From Cirrosporium novae-zelandiae (lineage: Eukaryota): a stretch of 64,000 nt of DNA. Under the pieces are notes generated by a model that searched no databases, was not told the origin of the DNA, and saw only the letters and a list, made by a program, of their open reading frames with translations. Made by a program: the position numbers and the translations under genes. Shown piece by piece: positions 53,868 to 64,000 of the stretch. The stretch covers positions 372,001 to 436,000 of the forward strand of contig JAPETS010000010.1 in assembly GCA_026023565.1 (NCBI GenBank), in the 5' to 3' direction. Each line of letters starts with the position of its first letter. The stretch's first letter is position 1.

Positions 53868-55001
53868 TTATGCGAAAATTCTCAGAGGTTTCGAGAGTGT
53901 GTATCCGGGATCATTGAATCTTAACCCACGATCCATATTTGTGATTTCGTTGATTTCATCCGATGTCAGGTCGAAATGGTTAACTTCTAGGTTCTGCTTC
54001 AGACGGTCTGGGCTGTTGGATTTGGGGATCACGGCTACGCCCCTGCATTATATGGACACACATATGATATGATTAGTTGTTGCTAGCTTATGAAGGTGAA
54101 GGAAATGGATGGGGGGGGTTGTTTATTTATTTACCTCTGGGTAGCCCATCTCAAGAGGACTTGGGCGGGCGTGACACCATGCTTGTTTGCAATTTTTTGA
54201 ATCGTCATTGTTTCGAACAGTGGAGCGATTCCTTTGGCCCGCTCGGAAAATTGGCCTGGAAGTTCTAGGAAACTCTGGGGGCCGAAACTCGAGTAGGCGG
54301 TTACGGCGATCCCATTCTCCTGGGCCATGGATATCAAGGTTGGTTGCACGAGGTATGGGTGATGTTCAATCTGGAGGGCGGAGACCGGGTGCTTGCAGTA
54401 TGATTGGAGATCGTAGAGGGACTGGGCTTGGAAGTTGGATACCCCAATGGATTTGACAAGGCCGTCGTCCACCAGCGATTCAAGGACCTCCCAGGTCTCA
54501 CGGATAGGGACACGGTCGAGTTCGATGTTGCCTTTCTCATCCGAGGTGAAGCCGGGGTAGGGGACCACTTTTGGGTCGATATATTTCAATGCGACGGGAA
54601 AGTGAATCAGAAATAGGTCGATGTACCCAAGGCCCCAGGCGTCGATTTGCGCCCTCGTCATCTTAGTCGCATGTTCCTTGCGCTTGTAGTTGCACCACAG
54701 CTTGGTGGTTACGAATATGTCTTCGCGCTTCACCAGTCCTTCATCGATAGCCCGTTTGATGCCTTGGCCGGCCTCGGCTTCGTTCTGGTAGTCGTAGGCG
54801 CCGTCGAATAGTCGGTAGCCGACTTTAATAGCCTAAGGGGCATCAGAATGAATCCTCTTTTGATGATGAGTAGGTTGAGGTGAGGGCGGCATATACATTG
54901 TAAACTGTATCAGCGGCGCTCTCTTTGAGTACTTTCCAGAGCCCAAAGCCAACGAGGGGCATCTCCATGCCAGAAGCTAGCTTAATAGTTTCAGAAGCCA
55001 T
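53868..55001 (-). CDS. Aldo-keto reductase, xylose/aldose reductase (AKR2B-like)
   Basis: [66 protein letters not shown]. Introns 54896-54833 and 54134-54043. Confidence 0.93.
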
Positions 55002-55855
55002 TGTGTTCAGTTTTGTGGGGCTAAAGTTGGTATTTTGGTAGGCACTATATAAAATTAGGATGCTGAAGAGAGGAGATTTATCTTAGAGTGGAGAGTTTTT
55101 GTGATTGAAAGACACAACATAAGATAGAAAATAGAAGAGAGGAGAAGTTATAGAAAGCAGCAGAAACTGTAGGTTTCAATTCATAGCTGGGACCCCACAA
55201 AATACTTGTTAACCTGCATATTTATGGGTCGATGAGCGAATCAGCATGTTGCAGGGTAATAGGAGATGAAATACCCCGCTGGGACTTTGCTACAAAATGG
55301 ATAAATTAATCCTTGATAAATAATGATTGGGGAACCATCGGGTTAAATGGGAATCTGGTGGGGAAGACCTTTGGTGCCCTGGAAAATTCCTCTTGACCAC
55401 AAAACAGGTAATTTTAAGCGCTGTTCCTCTCTTGTAAGGAAAGAAAGTATTTTAGTAATTACATGTACATGTAATTAAAGAAAATAAATTTCTTAATCTT
55501 CAGTCTCGAGACTCATCTCTTTTCAGCTCTTTCAGCATCTTTTGTTATTCATCATTGGGGTCTCGGCCTATTATTCTACCTTGTCCATTTTGGGTTATCC
55601 GGAGACTTTGTCCAGAATTTCCTCAAGAGGCAGCCATAACCACCTTCCTTTGTCTCCCAAACGACCCAATTTGACAACAATTGCCCTTGTCATACATGAC
55701 CTTCAACAGCTCAGCAATCATGATTTCTCGTGGCATAAGAGAGCCACTCTCTCGCCCTGGCGTTTCTTTTTTCTTCCAATCGTCAAGAATATATTCGGAG
55801 AAATTGAGGTCTTCCTAGGTCAACTAGAAGAGCAAGAGATATAGGATATAGAACC

Positions 55856-58136
55856 ATGACTCCCTCGGCAGTCGTCGAAGATCATACGGCATACGGAAAC
55901 AATGCTGTTAAAGAGATATTGAGTAACGGTGTCACGAAACCGGTGGAGGAAACATCGAATACCGAAGACCATCACATTGTTCTCAAGACCTTCAGATTAT
56001 TGATTGCAGATTTATGTCAACAATTTAATGGAGGACATCCGGGGTAAGTAGCTCTTTTTGAGAGAACTGCGCAAAATGCTGATTGAATGTCCAGTGGGGC
56101 CATTGGTATGGCTGCCATAGGAGTCGCATTATGGAAATATGTAATGAGATATGCTCCACATACTCCCGGGTTCTTCAATAGAGATCGGTTTGTACTCTCC
56201 AATGGTAATCATCTAACCCACTTACAGAATTATGAAACCCAGGCTGACTTAATTAGGCCATACATGTCTCTTCCAGTATACATTCCTCCATCTCACAGGC
56301 TACAAAGCCATGACCTTCGACCAATTGAAATCATACCATTCAGCTCGTGAAGATGCGCTCTGCCCCGGCCATCCTGAAATTGAACACGAAGGTATCGAGG
56401 TCACAACTGGTCCCCTCGGTCAGGGAGTTGCGAATGCAGTCGGTTTGGCTATGGCCACAAAGAACCTTGCGGCTACATACAATCGTGATGGCTACAATGT
56501 AGTCTCTAACCACACATGGTGTATGGTTGGAGATGCTTGTCTGCAAGAAGGTGTAGGGTTAGAGGCAATATCACTTGCTGGACACTGGAAACTCGACAAC
56601 CTGACGATCATTTACGACAACAATCAGGTCACCTGTGACGGATCTGTCGATCTTACGAATACCGAAGACATAAATGCGAAAATGACTGCATGCGGTTTTG
56701 AAGTTATTGATGTGATGGATGGTTGCTATGATATTGAAGAACTGGTCAGCGTTCTTGCTCGATCTCGTTCACCTGGTCGATCGAAACCAACTTTTATTAA
56801 TGTCCGCACAATCATTGGGCTTGGAAGTGCTGTGGCTGGAGATGCTATTGCCCACGGTGCTGCCTTCGGTAAAGGAGATGTCGCGAAAATGAAGAAGGCA
56901 TATGGCTTCAATCCAGAAGAGCATTTTGTGATTGGAGACAAGGTCCGAAGATTCTTTGAGGGGCTCCCAGCTCGCGGCGAAAAACTTGTCTCGGAATGGA
57001 ATGACCTGGTTTCAGCGTACAGTAAAGCCAATCCAGAACTTGCCTCTGGATTCAAGATGCGGGTGGAAGGACGTCTCCCTGAGAACTGGGAAGATCTAAT
57101 TCCCAAGACCTTTCCCACCACATCCACCCCTTCTCGTAAATCCAACGGTCTCGTCTTCAACCCTATTGCCGCAAAAATCCCAACTTTCATGGTCGGAACT
57201 GCGGATCTTTCCCCTTCTGTCAATATGATCTACCCCAATAAAGTAGATTTCCAACACCCCGCTCTAAAAACCACATGTGGTATTACCGGTAACTATTCCG
57301 GTCGTTACATCCACTATGGCGTCCGCGAACATGTTATGGCCGCTGTCTCAAATGGACTTGCAGCTTTCAACCCTGGCACATTCATCCCGACTACCTCATC
57401 CTTCTTTATGTTCTATCTCTATGCTGCTCCGGCAGTCCGTATGGGCGCTCTCCAACACCTCCAGGTCATTCACGCTGCTACACATGACTCCATTGGCATG
57501 GGCGAAGATGGGCCTACACATCAGCCTATCGAACTCGCAACCCTTTACCGCGCAATGCCAAATTTATTCTACATCCGTCCGGCGGATAGTGAAGAAGCAG
57601 CCGGTGCATGGAAAGTTGCAATTAAAGCGAAGTCAACGCCCTCCATTATCTCCACCTCCCGACACAGCCTCCCTCAAACTGGTCTCACAAACCGCGACGG
57701 TGTAGCTAAAGGAGCATACGTCATCCGTGAAGCACCCGAAGGCGAAAAGGCAGATATCACCCTCCTCGGTGTGGGCGCCGAGTTCTGTATCGTAGCCGAT
57801 GTCGCCGATGTGCTCACCAAAAAGGGACTTAATGTCCGTCTCGTCAGTTTTCCCAGCTGGAAGTTGTTTGAGACACAGGATCGAGCATATAGGAGAAGTA
57901 TATTAAGGAGGAATGAGGGTATACCTGCAGTTGTGGTCGAACCGTATAGTAGTACGGGGTGGGAGAGATATGCGGATGCAGCTTTATGCATGAAGTCATT
58001 CGGAAAGTCCCTGCCCGGAAAGCTTGCATATGAATATTTCGGGTTTGGGAAGGATTCTATTGTGGAAAAGATAGAGAAGTATATGGAAAGTCTAAAGAAA
58101 GAGGAGAACGTCATGGGTGAGTTTGTTGAGCTATAA
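55856..58136 (+). CDS. Transketolase-family enzyme, dihydroxyacetone-synthase-like subgroup
   Basis: GGHPG|GAIGMAAIG, NRDRFVLSNGH, GHPE, TTGPLGQG, GDACLQEG...DNN (TPP motif), YGVREH, THDSIGMGEDGPTHQP. Introns 56044-56094 and 56205-56256. Confidence 0.93.
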
Positions 58137-58643
58137 GGGTGGCATGTATACTGTTTTGGATCGCCCAACTCTATTCTATTTATAGATAGGTGTTGTATAT
58201 ATTATAAATTTTGATATCTACATAGTGTTGTAGAATATAGATGTATTTGCATTTAAATGGGTTGGGAATTTTAAGGGATATATTCTTTGGGTTTCAATTT
58301 TAGGAAGGTCCGAGATGCTAGATAATGGGAGAGACCCTTACTGAAGTATAAGGGCCGCCTAGCTCTCATCTATGAATCATAGCCGAGTAAACTGCTAGCC
58401 TTTTAGCAATTTGAAAAATAGTTTTGTCTTATTTCATCTAAAGTAGATGCATGTCATGACTATTCCAAACTACATAAGGTATACTAATGGCCACTCTTTT
58501 TTTCTCTTCATACTTTTTATTTGCACATGATGCTCACCCATTTCATATTTCATCCTATCTCGTCAAGAATAAACAAATAATAATAAGAAATTCTTCGCAT
58601 CTCGTCTCCTATTTTTATCATCCAAACACATCCGAGACCCATC

Positions 58644-60408
58644 TTACTCAGGCTTCTTCTGTTGCTCCTCATGAGCTAGGTCCAGCCCCACGCTCACACT
58701 CTCCTGATGCGTCGTCGCAGCCACTTTCTCCGTATCCTCTGGGTCGATATTCTCACCCGAGATGACGGAGGACCGGCGCCGTTCCTGCTCCACCACAGCC
58801 TGGGCCTCCCTCACGTTCGTTTTAGTAGTAAATAGATAGTCAACTTCCTCGAGTGTGAGCTTGGTGGTCTCGGGATAATAGAAGTAGACCAGTGGCACAA
58901 AGGCGAGATTAGTGCACATGAATATGAGGTAGGCTTTCCATTCCAGTTTGTTGATGAGTGTGGGTGTTAGCATGACGATGACAAAGTTCCACAGCCAGTT
59001 TGAGGATATTCCGATTGCGGTTCCCTTTGCGCGGGCGTGCAAGGGGAGGATTTCAGGCACATAGACCCAGGGGATGCAGTTTACGCTTGCGCCGAAGAAG
59101 AGCATGTAGAGGAAGAAGAAGGCGACAGCGGCAGAGCTGGCGGGTTGGGTGGATAGGGAGAGCAGGATTGAAATCATCATCATGCAGATGGAGAGGAGCA
59201 GGCTGCCAATCATCATTGGTTTGCGCCGGCCGATTTGGTCGAGGAAGAGTGAGGGGACTAGCGAGCCTGTGGGAAACATGATCTGGATGACACCGCCGAT
59301 CAGGAGTGACATATTGCGTGTGAGGCCTACATTGTATTGGAGAACCGAGGGAACGTAATACACCACTAGGTTGATGCCACCTACTTGGTTCATGAATTGC
59401 ATGCCGTAGGCGAGGAGGACTCGTTTTCCAGTCTGCACGTCGTCACGCTTGAGGATCTGGCTCCACTTGTACTCGCCATGGAGATGCTCTAGCGTAATGG
59501 CTTCTTGAATGTCATTATATTCCTTTTGGATTTTCGGGTCCTCGGGTTCGCGATCATAGACCTCACTCAGGACCTTGATCGCCTCCGCGTTGCGGCGTTT
59601 TTGGCACAGCCAGCGAGGGCTTTCAGGAAGTCCGAATACTAGCACGATGACGACGAATGCGAAGATGACCTGGCAGGCAATGGGGACACGCCAGGAGATG
59701 GCCCCGTCGCTGCGCTGATTCATGCCGTAGTCGAACCAGTAAGCGATGACGATTCCAACGCCTACGAAGAGGGCTTCCGAGGAGACCAGCCGGCCCCGTT
59801 TGTGCGCTTCGCAGAGCTCGGATTGGTACATGGGCACTGTGGAGGTTTCGATGCCCGTGCCGAAGCCTGTGACAAAGCGCGCTACGAGGAGTTGGGCGCG
59901 AGAATAGGAGGTTGATTGGAGCGTGGCACCGATCTAGTTGGGGGGGGGATGTTTGTTAGATGATAGTTTTCTTTTCTCTCTCATTTTTGTTTATGTGGTT
60001 GTTGTCAATAATATAAGGAGTGAAATGGGGTGCATACAAGGATCCAACACATTGCGAACCACATGGCTTTCCTTCGACCAAGCTTATCGGCACAGAAGAA
60101 GGAAAAGATGGTACCAGTGAAACAGCCTAGGTTGTATATGCTAACGATGATACCTAGAACTCCATCGCCGGGGTGTTGAACGACATTTAAAAAGTTTCCA
60201 TTCCCAACTATTCCAGAAAATACTCCTTGGTCGTAGCCTAGGGGTAAATGATCAGTATTAAGGAGCTTGATAGAGGGGGATGAGAGAGATGTAGGTGTAC
60301 GAGGAGACAAGAAAATGTCATACCGAATAATATGAAAGCCATCTCGCAAGCAGTTGTAATAGCCAAGCGCAACGGCCGGCCACGACCAAACATCTTGACT
60401 TGCACCAT
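58644..60408 (-). CDS. MFS sugar porter (STL1-like sugar/polyol:H+ symporter)
   Basis: MVQVKMFGRGR...FILFGYDQG, DKLGRR, PMYQSE, WRVP, PESPRWL, QFMNQVGGIN, DQIGRRK, PWVYVPEI, YPET. Two introns near 60238-60323 and 59934-60037. Confidence 0.94.
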
Positions 60409-61551
60409 GATGAGAGTGATAGGTATGGAGTATCAAAACACACAAAAATGGATCCTTTTCTACAAAACAACAACAAGCAGGTCAAAAATCTTTCAATCAG
60501 CGCACAGATAGATGAATAAGAATTTATTTTCCGGGAAATTTGTCCTTTTCTATTTAATATGCGTGGTGGGGAGCTGTAGATATGAATTTTTTGATGGACA
60601 AGATGACAGAAAACATCACATCCTCGGCATTGATTCCTATGATCCTGAAGTAGAAATTATTACCCCCTTTAGAGTGCTTGCAAATTCCTCTTTGCACCCA
60701 TCATCAACCCCCCCCCCCTCCCCAGGTTTTCTCCATCTCTCCATGCGCGGAAATGGTGAGGCATGCAGGGGATTTTACCCGGTTGAGACTCGGTTACTGT
60801 AGGATGTCAGGATGATCAGACAAGGCCGTGGATGAACAAATTCGGGAGCTCGGTGCATTTGCCATGATCAATTGACGAATGATATACCTAGATACCGCCA
60901 AGTTTTTGGATGATCTCTGTTGGTCCGTGATTGTAAAAGCCGTTCAAATTCAAACGTTGGGATTTATAGGGTTTGTGGCTGATGATATCATTAAGATCTA
61001 AGGGGATCAGTAGAACGGTTGGGTAAATGGAGACGTAAGAGGGCGAAGGAATAGAAAGATATAAGCGTTTTATAGGGTGAAAGTTGGAAGTCTAGTTGGG
61101 CTATTATTGATAACAGTTCTCAATCCCTCAGTCCGGGGTATATGGGGGAAAATGCGGAGAGATTGGTCGTTATAGCGTGGTGAAGATCAATTGGAACAAC
61201 ACCTTACCCAGGTATCCAGACGCTCGGATTATTTATCACCGAGCGTGTAAAATTTCCTCTTTGGGATCGAGGGGCAATACGAGTACCTTTTCGGCCTTCA
61301 CTGCCCGAATCACCCCCTCCATTCGCCGAAATACCGAGACAACCCCTTGAACTAAGAAGTATTGAGCTTGTGGGGTAATTATAACCCAATTGCCTACCTG
61401 CACCTGTTCATCTATCCATCGCTTTTCACGTCAACTACTTTAGCACTCACTGAGGTATTTCATTTCAGGTAATCCGCTCACTCCTTTAATACCCTCGAAT
61501 CACAAAAGATATCCCCTTTGTTGTTCTTTCCCAACCTCGGAGACCGGCAAA

Positions 61552-62850
61552 ATGGGTGTCAACATTGTCAATAGCAGTCCTTCGACAGGAACCATCAGGA
61601 ATGAACTTCCCACCGGTACTTTCCATCCACCAAAATCAAATCCAGCCCTCTATACAACGGAGGACCACCGGATTTATCTCGCTGAATCGACACCATTGAA
61701 TCCAGGACCAGAAGATTGTGTTGTTCACGTTAAAGCCAATGGAATTTGTGGGTACGTCCAATCCTAAACCAGTGAAAATTGATCCCGAGAGCATTCTAAC
61801 TTTCACGCAGGTCAGATCTTCATTTCTGGAAAAAGGGTGAGATTGGTTATCTCCATGTTGAATCAGATTATATTTTAGGTCATGAAGGAGCCGGTGTAAT
61901 TTTATGGGTTGGAGACGCTGTGAAAACCCTTCGAGTTGGCGATCGAGTAGCCATTGAACCTGGCATACCTTGCGGTAATTGCTATCAATGCAGTACTGGC
62001 AAATATAATCTCTGTGCAAATGTGAGATTTACTGGCGCACCACCACACAATGGATCAATAAGACGATATCACGTCCATCCCGCCAAATATCTCCACAAGA
62101 TTCCTGCAAATTTGTCCTTTTCTGACGGAGCTCTCCTCGAGCCACTGAGCGTTGTTCTTCATGGATTTGAACGTAGCCCTACCCGGGCTGGCCAGTCTGT
62201 TCTAATCTGTGGTGCAGGTCCCATTGGCTTAATTGCATTGGCAGTTGCAAAATCCAGTGGAGCCTTTCCAATTATTATAACCGACCTGGACACAGGGAGG
62301 CTGGAGTTTGCAAAGAAGTTCGTGCCAGGATGTATCACATTTAAGATTTCGCCAAAAGATATTCCTGAGTCAACCGGAACTAAGATTCAAGAAGTGTTCA
62401 TGAAGATGGGTGCCGCTCCACCAGCTGTCGTATATGAATGTACAGGCGTGGAAAGTAGTATTGTGACTGCTGCGTTTTCGACACGTAGAGGCGGCGAAGT
62501 AATGGTGATAGGAGTTGGCCGACCAGTTGTGAATAACATCCCCTTTATGCATATTTCAATGGCAGAGGTATCTAGTTGTCCCTACAATCCCCGCACATAG
62601 GACTTTCATGACTTATTATATTCTCCAGATTGACCTCAAATTCATAAATCGATATCATCATTCCTGGCCTTACGCAATTCGTTTCGTTCAATCCGGATAT
62701 ATCAATTTGAAACCACTAGTCACGCATACTTTTCGGTTAGAAGAAGCTGAAGCGGCAATGGAAACTGCTGCAGATCGTTCTAAGGGCTCCGTCAAGATCC
62801 ATATTATCGATTCGGATGAAGATCGTCCACAAGAACTATCTCACTTGTGA
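61552..62850 (+). CDS. Zn-dependent polyol dehydrogenase (L-arabinitol 4-dehydrogenase/sorbitol dehydrogenase-like)
   Basis: GICG|SDLHFW, LGHEGAG, CGNCYQCSTGKYNLC structural Zn site, EPLSV, GAGPIG, acidic TDLD (NAD+ preference). Introns 61752-61810 and ~62568-62628. Confidence 0.93.
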
Positions 62851-63547
62851 AGTAGTTGGTACTTATGTTGTTCAAGAGCAGCTTTGTCAGTCCAAAGCAC
62901 CTTTTCCCATCGTGCTATAAGAACGTAACAGCCTTTGTAGTCTAGTTGTATGTTGATCTGCATGATAATTCCTCATAACCTCCCTGGGAAGCAGTTGATA
63001 AAACCCAATGTCCTGTGACAACAGGATTGCATACCAACCGCGTATAAATCCAGTATTTGTAAAATCAAAGCAGATATTATACCTCCTAGAAAAGCTAGAA
63101 GAGGGTAGGAGATAGTATTTCTCCCTAATCGCTTATTACTGTTTATATAGGAATTGTTAGGCGCCTTATAAAAAATTTGAGTTCTTGCACAAATGAATGG
63201 TTTTACTAGGTTTGGTTACAATACCTAGGTACCTGGTTTCATTAATAAGATGTATGATCCTGCCGGCAGTAGCTACCCGAGAAAACCCGGATACAGTCTT
63301 CCCGGAATTCTTCTATTCACCTAGGCAGTCAGACAATTTAGGGCCTTTCTTTTCTTTTTGAGAATTTAGAATTAAATACTGACTATCGTTCAAGGAACTA
63401 GGCATTTCTCTTGTTGCAGGAACTCGACTGAACTTTTGATTAATACCGGCCAGCTTTGTGATATGAGATATCACCCCTTTCGGTTCCTATAACTCATTGC
63501 CTTGCCGAGCTTTTTACTTCCTTAGCTACCCTTGCGATTCTATCAAC

Positions 63548-64000
63548 ATGAGTTCCAAAAGGAAGGCAGACGATTCCAATGATGAGAAATTCCTAGACCT
63601 TCAAACCCGAGTCTCCGAGCTACAGAAGCAGATGCTTGAAATGAGACAAGAGATGCAAGATTTCAAGCAAGACACATCTCAGCGATTAGCCGAGATTGAG
63701 CGGAACGTGAATGCCACTCAACAAACCCATGATTTAGAACTACAACTTCAAAGATCAATGAGCAAGAATGTTTATGAGCTTCGGGATATGATGAATTCGC
63801 TTGTCAGTGGTAGTTGGGTTTCAACGTTCAAGCGCCAGCGAGTTGAGGACGATGAGCCAGCTGCAAGTTTAACTACATCATCTGGCACGATCCGCAATCG
63901 ACAGTCATTCGGGCGAAGATCTCCCCCTCCTAACCCTCCCCCGGCTACTCGGTCTCAGCCCCCTGTTCCTGGCAGTAGTATAGTTTCCCGGCGGAATTCC
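63548..64000 (+). CDS. Hypothetical protein (N-terminal coiled coil then P/S-rich), runs off window
   Basis: ATG 63548 opens a stop-free frame to the window end: MSSKRKADDSNDEKFLDLQTRVSELQKQMLEMRQEMQDF...PPPNPPPATRSQPP. Missing from the supplied ORF track because it has no stop in the window. Confidence 0.6.
   Translation, partial: MSSKRKADDSNDEKFLDLQTRVSELQKQMLEMRQEMQDFKQDTSQRLAEIERNVNATQQTHDLELQLQRSMSKNVYELRDMMNSLVSGSWVSTFKRQRVEDDEPAASLTTSSGTIRNRQSFGRRSPPPNPPPATRSQPPVPGSSIVSRRNS

Noticed and set aside
61811..61880. Suspected frameshift in dehydrogenase exon 2 (missing from the ORF track)
   Set aside because: Careful reading gives an intact frame (SDLHFWKKGEIGYLHVESDYILGHE). The ORF track only starts at a later codon.

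Overview
Eukaryotic, intron-containing genomic DNA from a filamentous ascomycete (Pezizomycotina-type GT..CTRAC..YAG introns, mostly about 50-90 nt). The left part (1-25 kb) is gene-dense: a ureohydrolase ending in KDEL, CDC42, a DUF1349 protein, SGF73, the capping enzyme CEG1, DNA ligase I, a DUF2945/AT-hook protein, an Aur1-like PAP2 protein, a biuret/guanylurea-hydrolase-like cysteine hydrolase, a DUF6594 gene with an in-frame stop, and an FNR-type reductase lacking a flavodoxin domain. A roughly 19-kb gene-poor stretch (25.3-44.7 kb) holds a single TALE homeobox gene. It is followed by LOA1/VPS66, a kinesin-14 and a Ser/Thr kinase. At 53.9-62.9 kb is a compact four-gene cluster (xylose-reductase-like AKR, DHAS-like transketolase, sugar porter, LAD-like polyol dehydrogenase) in two divergent pairs. 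This is the best candidate for an undescribed system: an oxidoreductive sugar/polyol pathway ending in a transketolase rather than a kinase. I could not support any tRNA, rRNA, CRISPR array or intact transposon. Gene models were built by eye and family calls come from motif recognition, not database searches.
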